This document shows, piece by piece, positions 20,508-32,899 of a stretch of DNA of 64,000 nt (positions within the stretch are counted from its first letter, which is position 1; every line of letters begins with the position of its first letter). Position numbers and translations under genes: made by a program. The notes under the pieces were generated by a model. That model saw only the letters and a program-made list of their open reading frames with translations, ran no database searches and was not told the origin of the DNA. Source of the DNA: Hormiphora californensis (taxonomy: Eukaryota > Animalia > Ctenophora); NCBI GenBank assembly GCA_020137815.1, contig CM035357.1, positions 3,782,001 through 3,846,000 on the forward strand. Direction: 5' to 3'.

Positions 20508-23112
20508 TCACAAATCCTCCACAGCCAAGGGAGTGTTATCCAGCGGTAGAATCTTGTTGCCATGGTTACCATGGTATTGGTTGCCAAGGAGCCTCCGTTG
20601 CTTCACTTCTTCGGGTGAACTGGCGATTGGCTGCCCCAGGGTTTCCGGCAGGAGATAGGAACACACTGCCCCCAACAAACATAGACCAACCATGATTGAA
20701 AATGAGGCGACGAAGCCCCCGGTAGCATCCACCAAGCTGCCGAATAGAAAGGGGCACGCCAAACCAAAGATCTTGGACGAGGAGGAGCACAGACCAATGA
20801 CTGTTCCAGTGTGTGTACAGGGGGGTAGCTCAACATTCCACAATATTAATCCAGTGTAGACACCAGATACAAAGAATTGTGCCAAAATGCTCGCAATGCT
20901 GGCGACTGTCCATCCATTGTTTCCCAGTGGGACAGCGCTTGTTGCTCCTCCAATGGCAAGGAGCAGGGCAGCGATGACAAAAGACCATGTCATGTATCGC
21001 CGTCTACCTAAGACCCTCATTGCAGGCACGAATGTGATATTTGCAGCGATTTGGACGGCCATCGATAAGAAATACCCACTCGAAGTGACGGGAACGATCT
21101 TATCCCACGCATAGTTGACCCCATAATAACACAAGTAGATGACGCACCACAATATTATCTGAGCAAGTGTTTCCAGGAACAGGATTTTATGTAAAACTAA
21201 AGTTATCATTTGTTCCTTGATGCTAACTTTCTTTTGCTCGTTTTCCGAAACCGGCCTGATCCCTTGACTACTTTCGGGTTCACTGTCGAACCCCTTCCAC
21301 TCTGTCTTGTTAATTTGTGCAATCCTCCGAAAAGAAGCCTCAGCCTGGGCCACCTTCCCCATTATTATGTCAGACCGTGGGGACTCAGGCAGGAATACGA
21401 TGGGTAGGTTGAATACCAAACAATAGGTGACGGTCACGTAGTAGGATTTTCTCCAATCAGAAACGAGACTCATGGCAACAAGTGGCACTATGCCGGCCGA
21501 CAACATAGTCATTCCTATGGCTATTGTGGCTTCTCTGAACCTGAAAATAAAATACTCATTGGTTTCCAATAAACTGCTGCTGGCAGTGGCATATGCCGCA
21601 ATAAATCATCCATCATATAATATTGTCAAGAAAATCAGCCACACGTCGACAAAAAACCCTAATTTCTATAAAATCAATTTGTAACACATCATATTTCTAC
21701 ACGGCAAATGGCAGAAAATTGGTCGATTCCCATTCATTTACACAAGGAAGTAATCATTTAAGTTACCTTGAGGGGATCAGGTCGGATGTAAGGACATATA
21801 TGCCCATAAGTTCCAGATAAATCCCAAAGCCCTGTCCAAATCTAACTGCTAACAGTAGCGGGTAACCATTGCAAAACACTCCCCCAAAACTGGACAATAA
21901 AACAACAGCGCTCCCACAAAGCACAGTCTTCTTGACCCCGAACAAGTCATACATTAATCCTCCCAAGAAAATACCGAACAGGCCTCCTCCGATGGGCATG
22001 GATGCCACCGTGTCCTTGATTAGGGGAGATGCACAGCACTATGTGGTCATGTCCGATAGGCTCGCGAGATTTAGTGATTTTGATAGAAAACGCGCAGTAG
22101 ATGCTCAATTTTGACCAAGATCCAACCTCGTTGCGCGTTTTTACGTGTAAAACCAGCGCTGACAAGTGCTTTTTTAGCATAAATATCGCATTTAATACAT
22201 GACCGCATCGGACCGGTTGCGATGGAAAGGTTGCATAGTAATCTCTAGCCCCCTAGCTTTCTTTTGATACCAAAATTTAGGTTGCGCTTTGAACAGAAGC
22301 CAGTTTTTGGGCTATAGGATGAACTTTGATGCCATGCTGTCCAAAACCTGCCGCACTTTCAGCCAAGTTATGGGTAGCAAAATGATCTTTAGACGATTAC
22401 CTACAACTGCTACACAATTTCCAGGGTGTTTGACAGCACACGCAAGCGTGCACGCTCCCTGAAAGCGCCTAACAAAATCGCGCAAAACCCCTCAAAACGG
22501 AGGATTCCTATCGGACAAATGCGCGTTTTGACCACATAGTGCACAGGTGAGGTTGAAATCTAAGATGTAGGATGTGCGATGTGAATGGGGTACCCAGTAG
22601 AAATCAACGTCTTGTTTCCAGTCGGGCACGTTACACGGAGATTCAATGAAAGCCTGTAAAAACTCATGTTAGTTTTTAGCCACTACATATTATTATTATT
22701 AGGAAAATTTTTCAACTGATTCACCTTGATATTTTTACACTCCAGAGATATGCATTTCCAATCAGTGGGGCTTTCTCCTAAAAGTGTAACACATTATAGA
22801 ATTACTGCTGTTATAGAATCCCAACGGTCAGGCATAATTAATGGGTTTGTTATATTCTAACCCTCCTTTACGTTTGTAGAATTCGGGCCGAACGGGTGTA
22901 GAAACAAAATAAAAGTCAGAAAACGGAAGAAATTATTTCCTCTGACCTCTCAGCTTGAATCATATAATGGTATACATACCTATAAACGAGACTGAGAAAA
23001 CAACAACAAACTCAAGCAGTTGAGCTAAAAACGGAGACAACGCCAACAGGAGCCACCTTGGTCTCACACTCACACAGACCTCTTCGAGTGCTGTGGCAGC
23101 TAGACTTGGCAT
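20508..23112 (-). CDS. SLC22/organic cation transporter-like MFS protein, left copy; exon 3 interrupted by a Transib-like MITE
   Basis: Mirror of the right copy. Motifs DFNLTC, GGLMYDLFGVKK, LPESPR, YYG, LGRR, ELPP and LPETLG are typical of the SLC22/sugar porter fold. Confidence 0.82.
22037..22541. mobile_element. Transib-like MITE, TSD CACAG
   Basis: CACAG|CACTATGTGGTC...GACCACATAGTG|CACAG; the empty site is in the right arm (26837-26841). Confidence 0.85.
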
Positions 23113-23118
23113 CAGTAG

Positions 23119-23227
23119 CAGGAACCGACCGGATTAAGTAAACAACCAATCAGAACTCGTTATTTAGGTCACGTGACTGGTTATCAGCCAATCAGGGAAC
23201 AGTATTTCCTGATTCGGTCGGTTCCTG
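23119..23227. mobile_element. hAT-like MITE (CAGGAACCGACCG family)
   Basis: TIR CAGGAACCGACCG; near-perfect 8-bp TSD ATCAGTAG/ATCAGCAG. Confidence 0.8.
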
Positions 23228-24813
23228 ATCAGCAGTCACCTAGAAAACCAAATCTAAATGGAAGGATGGATTTTCCAATATATATTACATAGCTTTATAC
23301 AGAATACAGGATACTGGATAGGCATATCGTCTAATGGATAATTGTGTGCAATTATACTCACTTGCTCGGTTCTATGAAATTCCACTAGATATATTGAGCC
23401 AGGTCAATTGCAAATAAGACAGCACACGTAAGCCGGAGGATGAGGTTTAAGAATTAAATTCACACTGCGGTGATGGACACTAGGATACTAGACTACATGA
23501 TGAATTGAGATAGCAGACTGGCTGACGCTAATCTTGATTGATGCTTATTGGGTGCCATATAGTTCTGATAAGAGCTGAGAAAGAGAAAAATATAATGGAA
23601 AATTGATTCTAACATTTAGCTTATCCTGCATGATTTTGATCTTAGGCCTTTGCCGATGCTTATTGGGTGCTATATAGTTCAGATAAGAGAGGAAGATATA
23701 ATGGTGATAAAATAAATTCTAACGTGTAGCTGATCAGAGGGAGGATAAACTTCCCCCGAACTTTTTTGGCCCATTTTCACTGAAAATTTCAGGTTTTCGA
23801 ATTTTCTAATTAGACATGTCATGTGATCTCTATCGAATCGTGAATAGATACGTGGCGACAAATCGGGGTGATAGGGGTGGGGAATCACATATCCTAAGAG
23901 CCCATAGTATCGATACATGACCTTTTACAACTAATCGAGTGATTGGGTAGAGTGGTAGAAAATCACACAGGTACCCAACCGAATCATCGAGTAAACCAGT
24001 AGCCTCACGTATCGTCGATTCCAAGACGTATATCGATAATCTGACCTCATTAGACTTCAAGATCACGTATCGCAATCTCTACAGGCTACAGGTATACTCG
24101 ATGATTCGGTTGGGTACCTGTGTGATTTTCTACCACTCTACCCAATCACTCGATTCGTTAAATAAGGTCATGTATCGATACTATGGGCTCTTAGGACGTA
24201 TGATATGTGATTCCCCACCCCGATTTGTCGCCACGTATCTATTCACGATTCGATAGAGATCACATGACATGTCTAATTAGAAAATTCGAAAACCTGAAAT
24301 TTTCAGTGAAAATGGGCCAAAAAAGTTCGGGGGAAGTTTATCCTCCCTCTGATCAGCTACACGTTAGAATTTATTTTATCACCATTATATCTTCCTCTCT
24401 TATCTGAACTATATAGCACCCAATAAGCATCGGCAAAGGCCTAAGATCAAAATCATGCAGGATAAGCTACATGTTAGAATCAATTTTCCATTATATTTTT
24501 CTCTTTCTCAGCTCTTATCAGAACTACATAGCACCCAATAAGCATCAATCAAGATTAGCATTAGTATGCTAGTTTCCATCACTACAGTGTGAATAAATTT
24601 TTAAACCTCATCCTCCAGCTTGTACGTGTGCTGTACGTGTGCTGTATCTGATGAATCTAGTGGAATTCCATAGAACCGAGCAAGTGAGTATAAATATTGC
24701 ACACAATTATCCATTAGACGATATGCCTATCCTGTATTCTGTATAAAGCTATGTAATATATATTGGAAAATCCATCCTTCCATTTAGATTTGGTTTTCTA
24801 GGTGACTGCTGAT

Positions 24814-24922
24814 CAGGAACCGACCGAATCAGGAAATACTGTTCCCTGATTGGCTGATAACCAGTCACGTGACCTAAATAACGAGTTCTGATTGGTTGTT
24901 TACTTAATCCGGTCGGTTCCTG
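24814..24922. mobile_element. hAT-like MITE (CAGGAACCGACCG family) immediately 5' of the SLC22 ATG
   Basis: TSD CTGCTGAT/CTACTGAT; the second TSD overlaps the ATG at 24929. Confidence 0.8.
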
Positions 24923-24928
24923 CTACTG

Positions 24929-27900
24929 ATGCCAAGTCTAGCTGCCACAGCACTCGAAGAGGTCTGTGTGAGTGTGAGACCAAGGTGGCTCCTGTTGGCG
25001 TTGTCTCCGTTTTTAGCTCAACTGCTTGAGTTTGTTGTTGTTTTCTCAGTCTCGTTTATAGGTATGTATACCATTATATGATTCAAGCTGAGAGGTCAGA
25101 GGAAATAATTTCTTCCGTTTTCTGACTTTTATTTTGTTTCTACACCCGTTCGGCCCGAATTCTACAAACGTAAAGGAGGGTTAGAATATAACAAACCCAT
25201 TAATTATGCCTGACCGTTGGGATTCTATAACAGCAGTAATTCTATAATGTGTTACACTTTTAGGAGAAAGCCCCACTGATTGGAAATGCATATCTCTGGA
25301 GTGTAAAAATATCAAGGTGAATCAGTTGAAAAATTTTCCTAACTAGCGCACCCATTGGGTGCGCCTGAAATAAGGGCTTTTTGATAACCCAACCGGCTTC
25401 GCCGGGTGTTTCTTTTCGCCCCTTTCAACGTCAATAAAACCGTTGCCATGGCAACTGAATTGGTAACTATGGGGACTGGCCTGTTAAAAGTCATTCGAAA
25501 ATATTAACAAACTTCCACTGGAAGTTCCAAAAGTGTGAATGACAGCTAAATACAGCTTTGGGCACATAACATGTTTTATGAAGGAGCAGCCTGTCGCGTA
25601 GAAACGCACTGAACGAACGGCCATCACGACGTTCATCTCCAAATTATAATATAGATAATAATAATATGTAGTGGCTAAAAACTAACATGAGTTTTTACAG
25701 GCTTTCATTGAATCTCCGTGTAACGTGCCCTACTGGAAACAAGACGTTGATTTCTACTGGGTACCTCGTTCACATCGCACATCCTACATCTCACAGTGCT
25801 GCGAGGGGCCAGTTTGCTTTTTGAGTATTTTAGTCAAAAAACTAACTTTTGATATTTGGTTCAGCTCGAAGACCCGGACCAGATGGACTATTCAAAAAGC
25901 GCCTTTGCCCACACCTTCCTGGAGAAAAATGAGGTTAACTTTTTGCCCAAAACTGGTGTTAACCTCAATAAATCATAGACTGCAAGTCATAAGACCATGA
26001 AGCCGGTTCTAATAGTTAAATCTCGCCAGGGGTATAGTTTGTATGTAATTTGACAATCCTAAACCAAGCCATTGGCAAAATTTTAGAGGTTAACATTATT
26101 TCCGAAAAGTTACATTTTTGCGATTATTTCGTAATAATTTCGTCAGGTCTAGCGGAATTTCCAAACGAGATATCTTAGAACTGGGCCTTGTAATTTGGTA
26201 AGAAAGGTCCTAAGTAACTGAATTAACATTTTGAAGGGGAAAATGGGGTGTGGTTTTTATTTTATTGAGGTTAACATGCTTAAAAGGTGTAATATTTCAC
26301 TTTTTTTTACACTTTTTAAGCATGTTAACCTCAATAAAATAAAAACCACACCCCATTTTCCCTTCAAAATGTTAATTCAGTTAGTTAGGACCTTTCTTAC
26401 CAAATTACAAGGCCCAGTTCTAAGATATCTCGTTTGGAAATTCCGCTAGACCTGACGAAATTATTACGAAATAATCGCAAAAATGTAACTTTTCGGAAAT
26501 AATGTTAACCTCTAAAATTTTGCCAATGGCTTGGTTTAGGATTGTCAAATTACATACAAACTATACCCCTGGCGAGATTTAACTATTAGAACCGGCTTCA
26601 TGGTCTTATGACTTGCAGTCTATGATTTGTTGAGGTTAACACCAGTTTTGGGCAAAAAGTTAACCTCATTTTTCTCCAGGAAGGTGTGGGCAAAGGCGCT
26701 TTTTGAATAGTCCATCTGGTCCGGGTCTTCGAGCTGAACCAAATATCAAAAGTTAGTTTTTTGACTAAAATACTCGATATTCTAACTGAACAAAAGTGGC
26801 ATTTCGCAGCACTGTGCATCTTAGATTTCAACCTCACCTGTGCATCTCCCCTAATCAAGGACACGGTGGCATCCATGCCCATCGGAGGAGGCCTGTTCGG
26901 TATTTTCTTGGGAGGATTAATGTATGACTTGTTCGGGGTCAAGAAGACTGTGCTTTGTGGGAGCGCTGTTGTTTTATTGTCCAGTTTTGGGGGAGTGTTT
27001 TGCAATGGTTACCCGCTACTGTTAGCAGTTAGATTTGGACAGGGCTTTGGGATTTATCTGGAACTTATGGGCATATATGTCCTTACATCCGACCTGATCC
27101 CCTCAAGGTAACTTAAATGATTACTTCCTTGTGTAAATGAATGGGAATCGACCAATTTTCTGCCATTTGCCGTGTAGAAATATGATGTGTTACAAATTGA
27201 TTTTATAGAAATTAGGGTTTTTTTGTCGACGTGTGGCTGATTTTCTTGACAATATTATATGATGGATGATTTATTGCGGCACATGCCACTGCCAGCAGCA
27301 GTTTATTGGAAACCAATGAGTATTTTATTTTCAGGTTCAGAGAAGCCACAATAGCCATAGGAATGACTATGTTGTCGGCCGGCATAGTGCCACTTGTTGC
27401 CATGAGTCTCGTTTCTGATTGGAGAAAATCCTACTACGTGACCATCACCTATTGTTTGGTATTCAACCTACCCATCGTATTCCTGCCTGAGTCCCCACGG
27501 TCTGACATAATAATGGGGAAGGTGGCCCAGGCTGAGGCTTCTTTTCGGAGGATTGCACAAATTAACAAGACAGAGTGGAAGGGGTTCGACAGTGAACCCG
27601 AAAGTAGTCAAGGGATCAGGGTTTCGGAAAACGAGCAAAAGAAAGTTAGCATCAAGGAACAAATGATAACTTTAGTTTTACATAAAATCCTGTTCCTGGA
27701 AACACTTGCTCTGATAATATTGTGGTGCGTCATCTCCTTCTGTTATTTTGGGGTCAACTATGCGTGGGATAAGATCGTTCCCGTCACTTCGAGTGGGTAT
27801 TTCTTATCGATGGCCGTCCAAATCGCTGCAAATATCACATTCGTGCCTGCAATGAGGGTCTTAGGTAGACGGCGATACATGACATGGTCTTTTGTCATCG

Positions 27901-28364
27901 CTGCCCTGCTCCTTGCCATTGGAGGAGCAACAAGCGCTGTCCCACTGGGAAACAATGGATGGACAGTCGCCAGCATTGCGAGCATTTTGGCACAATTCTT
28001 TGTATCTGGTGTCTTCACTGGATTATTATTGTGGAATGTTGAGCTATCCCCCTGTACACACACTGGAACAGTCATTGGTCTGTGCTCCTCCTCGTCCAAG
28101 ATCTTTGGTTTGGCGTGCCCCTTTCTATTCGGCAGCTTGGTGGATGCTACCGGGGGCTTCGTCGCCTCATTTTCAATCATGGTTGGTCTATGTTTGGTGG
28201 GGGCAGTGTGTTCCTATCTCCTGCCGGAAACCCTGGGGCAGCCAATCGCCAGTTCACCCGAAGAAGTGAAGCAACGGAGGCTCCTTGGCAACCAATACCA
28301 TGGTAACCATGGCAACAAGATTCTACCGCTGGATAACACTCCCTTGGCTGTGGAGGATTTGTGA
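24929..28364 (+). CDS. SLC22/organic cation transporter-like MFS protein, right copy; exon 3 interrupted by a different Transib-like MITE
   Basis: Exons 24929-25061, 25264-25316, 25701-27107 (insertion 25792-26816) and 27335-28364 are phase-consistent once the element and one TSD are removed. Confidence 0.82.
25343..25655 (-). mobile_element. Non-autonomous Helitron in SLC22 intron 2
   Basis: Minus strand reads A|TCTATATT...GCGCACCCAATGGGTGCG-CTAG|T: 5' TC, 3' hairpin, CTAG end, AT target, no TSD. The empty site is in the left arm (~22700). Confidence 0.88.
25792..26816. mobile_element. Transib-like foldback MITE with CACAGTG termini, TSD CATCT
   Basis: CATCT|CACAGTGCTGCGA...TCGCAGCACTGTG|CATCT; ~480 bp internal arms; empty site in the left arm (22563-22567). 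Confidence 0.88.
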
Positions 28365-28729
28365 AGTCGCACACCGATTTACTGAGAATAGTAGTAACTA
28401 ATAGTAGTAACTTGTAAGAGCAATGTTCAAAAACGCTGATTGATACTATAACTGCAGAATGCAGTGCAGGAAGGATTAGCCCAAGGATCTAATGTAACAT
28501 AACAACTAGATCCAAAAACCAAACAAGTTTGGTGGATAGCCGGGGCCGCAGAAATTAAAAAACGTGCGAAAGTTTTGATACACGAACTTTCGGGGCCTGG
28601 GGTGCTATTAAATTCGCGTTTCCATGATTATAACTAACAACTTTTTCAAACTATACACCAGGAAAACTAGTGCAATGATCAAACCATTAATTTATTCCAC
28701 ATTATCATACATACATGTATAAGCTGGTA

Positions 28730-29500
28730 CATATTAATAAATGGGGATTCGCGGATTCGCGGATAATGTCCCGGATCGCGGATAAAATCGCGGATAATTA
28801 ATCCCGGATTGGATCGCGGATCGCGGATAATTAATCGCGGATTGCGGATCGGGGATAAGTAATCGCGGATCGGGGATAAGTAATCGCGGATAAGTAATCG
28901 CGGATTGCAGATCGCGGATAAGTAATCGCGGATAAGTAATCGCGGATAAGTAATCGCGGATAAGTAATCGCGGATAAAAAATCGTGGATAAGTAAACGCG
29001 GATAAGTAATCGCGGATAAAAAATCGTGGATAAAAAATCGCGGATAAAAAATCGCGGATAAAAATTGCGGATAAAAAATCGCGGATAAAAAATCGCGGAT
29101 AAAAAATTGCGGATAAAAATCGTCAATTTGGCCATTTCTGTACCATTTCTTGGCCACGTTGGTCAATTCTAGTTCATTTCCAGGTCATTCCTGTATATAG
29201 TGCGTTGTGCTAGACCATTTTCGTGTGGATTTAGATGGTTCTAGGACACTTCGGTCACATTAGAGTCCTAAAAGTATCCAAATTTTTTTATCCGCGATTT
29301 TTTATCCACGATTTTTTATCCGCGATTTTTTATCCGCGATTTTTTATCCGCGATTACTTATCCGCGATTACTTATCCGCGATCCGCAATCCGCGATTACT
29401 TATCCACGATCCGCGATCCAATCCGTGATTAATTATCCGGGATTTTATCCGCGATCCGGGAAATTATCCGCGAATCCGCGAATCCCCGTTTATTAATACC
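28730..29500. mobile_element. Foldback element built from ~13-15 bp ATCGCGGATAA(GTA/AAA) subterminal repeats
   Basis: TATTAATAAATGGGGATTCGCGGATTCGCGGATAAT at left, inverse at ~29462-29498; lies at the palindrome's right breakpoint. Confidence 0.75.
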
Positions 29501-29552
29501 AGTTCATATGTATGCGCGCGCGGCGTGCCTGGTGAAACTTTAACACGACCTA

Positions 29553-29836
29553 TACTATAACTATAGTCGAATTTTTTAATCAAGGGACAGAGGGCCGCGC
29601 AGTAACAAAAGTCTTTTTGCGCGTGCTAAATGTTTTCGCTCATATCTCCTGTTCCTGATAAGATAAAGACTTGATCTTGGTTGCGTTGAAAAGGTCTTAA
29701 AATTATCTTTCCAACGTTCCCGGGTTCAAGTCTTAAGTTTGCCAGGAACTTGATGTCGACTATCACGCGCAAATACAACGCCGCGCGATCTCCCTGAATG
29801 CGCGGCCCCCTGTCCCTTGATTAAAAAATTCGACTA
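29553..29836. mobile_element. MITE inserted at TA in the left arm of the outer element
   Basis: TIR TATAGTCGAATTTTTTAATCAAGGGACAG; removing it restores the outer TIR. Confidence 0.75.
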
Positions 29837-30704
29837 TAGCATGCTACGGGAAACCACCACTTGTACGTGGTAGCTGAGGGTCTACAAAATGGCGCTATGG
29901 TGCGGGAAAAATCTGTCCAAAGCCCAAAAAAATTTTTTCTACCTTTCTTTGATTTGGGCCAAAATTGGGTATATTAAACGTGGTCCCGAAAAATCCATAT
30001 TGACTTAGCACACGATATATGTCACCCCCACCTATTTTTGCACGTAGAATCGATTGCTGTTGAAGCAAGAAAAGTTGTTATTTTGACCGTTTTGCCTACT
30101 TAAATTTTCTATAAATCAACGATCTGTTATTGGATTGGTATGAAATCTTGGATTTTAGTCGAAAATTGTCCCATAAACAACTTAAGCATGGTCCCGACTG
30201 GCCATTTCAATCAGAAGTTTGTCGAAAATGCCAAAATATAAAAAAGGAAAAAATCAAGTTACGGTTCTCCTAGTTGGCAGATTTCAACAATTTGCCCAAA
30301 TCTAACCATAAATCGGATATACACGAAAACTTGGTTCTTGGTAGAAAAATGACCATTTTAACGATTGGCACTAGTTCCAAATTCCTATCTCAACGTTTTC
30401 AATGGTTTAGTGGCCAAAAACCTCCAAAAAATGGTAAAAAAACATCTTTTGACCATTTTACAGTCATTTTAGAGATTCGACTTCAACAGCAATCGATTCT
30501 ACGTGCAAAAATAGGTGGGGGTGACATATATCGTGTGATAAGTCAATATGGATTTTTCGGGACCACGTTTAATATACCCAATTTTGGCCCAAATCAAAGA
30601 AAGGTAGAAAAAAATTTTTTGGGCTTTGGACAGATTTTTCCCGCACCGTAGCGCCATTCTGTAGACCTTCAGCTACCACGTACAAGTGGTGGTTTCCCGT
30701 AGCA

Positions 30705-32899
30705 GGCAATTTTGCATTTGCGGGCATCGCACTATAGACGCAGTACCCACGTACTATAGACGCATTATAGACGCATTATAGACGCAGTATAGACGCAGTA
30801 TAGACACACGCAATATAGACGGACTTTCGTAAGCAGCAGTATAGACGCAGTATAGGCGCATTATAACAGCAATATATACGCATTTTTATAGACGCGACGC
30901 AGTATAGCCGCATTATAGGCGCACTACCCACCCCAAAATCACTTTATAGACGCACTATAGACGCATTATAGACTGACTATAGCAGCACCATAAACGCTAC
31001 ATAGACGCATATAGACGCATGATAGAAGCATTATAGACGCAAATCGCTTTTTATAGACGCCGCGTCTATAAAAAACGTGCTTTTTTAAGAAGCACTATAG
31101 ACGTACTCAGACGCACGCTGCGATATAATTGAGGCGCAGTTGGGCGAACTATAAACGCATTTTTGTCGCATATAAAAGGAAGCAGTATAGACGCATTATA
31201 GACGCATTATAGCCGCATGTGTGCCAAATCGATAAACACGCAATATAGACGCAAAATAAGACTAGAGGGAGGGAGGGAGGGAGGGAGGGAGGGAGGGAGG
31301 GAGGGAGGGAGGGAGGGAGGGAGGGAGGGAGGGAGGGAGGGAGGGAGGGAGGGAGGGAGGGAGGGAGGGAGGGAGGGAGGGAGGGAGGGAGGGAGGGAGG
31401 GAGGGAGGGAGGGAGGGAGGGAGGGAGGGAGGGAGGGAGGGAGGGAGGGAGGGAGGGAGGGAGGGAGGGAGGGAGGGAGGGGAGGGAGGGAGGGAGGGAG
31501 GGAGGGAGGGAGGGAGGGAGGAGGGAGGGAGGGAGGGAGGGAGGGAGGGAGGGAGGGAGGGAGCGGAGGGAGGGAGGGAGGGAGGGAGGGAGGGAGGGAG
31601 GGAGGGAGGGGAGGGAGGGAGGGAGGGAGGGAGGGAGGGAGGGAGGGAGGGAGGGAGGGAGGGAGGGAGGGAGGGAGGGAGGGAGGGAGGGAGGGAGGGA
31701 GGGAGGGAGGGAGGGAGGGAGGGAGGGAGGGAGGGAGGGAGGGAGGGAGGGAGGGAGGGAGGGAGGGAGGGAGGGAGGGAGGGAGGGAGGGAGGGAGGGA
31801 GGGAGGGAGGGAGGGAGGGAGGGAGGGAGGGAGGGAGGAGGGAGGGAGGGAGGGAGGGAGGGAGGGAGGGAGGGAGGGAGGGAGGGAGGGAGGGAGGGAG
31901 GGAGGGAGGGAGGGAGGGAGGGAGGGAGGGAGGGAGGGAGGGAGGGAGGGAGGGAGGGATCAGACAGAGACAGATGGACACAGATCTGAGACAGACGGAC
32001 AGAGTAAGATGGAGAGAGATTAAGATGGAGAGAGAGAGAGTGAGACAGAGAGGAAGATAGTAAGCGCGTGTTTGTCCGTCCGTCTGTCTCTGTCCATTTG
32101 TTTCCATCTCTGTCTTTTTCTGTCTCACTCCGTCCCTATACCTATATCACTCTTTTTCCATCTTACTCTCTTTCCATCTTACTCTGTCCTTCTGTCTCAG
32201 GTCTTTACCCGTCTGTCTCTGTTTCTGTCCCTGTATCCCTCCCTCAGTCCCTCCCTCTCTTTCCCTCTTTCCCTCTCCTTCCCTCTCCCTCCCTCCTTCC
32301 CTCTCCCTCCCTCTCCTTTTTATTTTGCGTCTACATTGCGTCTTTATCGATTTCGCACACATGCGGCTATAATGCGTCTATAATGCGTCCATACTGCTTC
32401 CTTTTATATGCGACAAAAATGCGTTTATAGTTCGCCCAACTGCGCCTCAAATATCGCACTGTAGCCTGGAGTACGTCTATAGTGCTTCTTAAAAAAGCAC
32501 GTTTTTTATAGACGCGGCGTCTATAAAAAGCGATTTGCGTCTATAATGCTTCTATCATGCATCTATATGCGTCTATGTAGCGTTTATGGTGCTGCTATAG
32601 TCAGCCTATAATGCGTCTATAGTGCGTCTATAAAGTGATTTTGGGGTGGGTAGTGCGCCTATAATGCGGCTATACTGCGTCGCGTCTATAAAAATGCGTT
32701 TATATTGCTGTTATAATGCGCCTATACTGCGTCCATACTGCTGCTTACGAAAGTACGTCTATATTGCGTGTGTCTATACTGCGTCTATAATGCGTCTATA
32801 GTGCGTCTATAATGCGTCTATACGTGGGTACTGCGTCTATACTGCGTCTATACGTGGGTACTGCGTCTATAGTGCGATGCCCGCAAATGCAAAATTGCC
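30705..32899. mobile_element. Mutator/Foldback-like element with TATAGACGCA subterminal repeats and a (GGGA)n core, 9-bp TSD CCCGTAGCA
   Basis: TIR GGCAATTTTGCATTTGCGGGCATCGCACTATAGACG; TSD at 30696-30704 and 32900-32908. Confidence 0.85.
31265..31959. repeat. (GGGA)n tetranucleotide microsatellite, ~700 bp
   Basis: Near-perfect 4-bp periodicity; G-quadruplex/triplex-prone. Confidence 0.97.

Larger units (their letters stand above)
20150..28715. repeat. Large inverted duplication (palindrome); arms ~20150-24007 and ~24083-28715, spacer ~75 bp
   Basis: Mirror-image ORFs and introns; arms differ by substitutions and independent TE insertions. Confidence 0.93.

Noticed and set aside
31217-32128. 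(GGRE)n and (PPSL)n ORFs, and (ER)n/(SL)n ORFs elsewhere
   Set aside because: Microsatellite translations.
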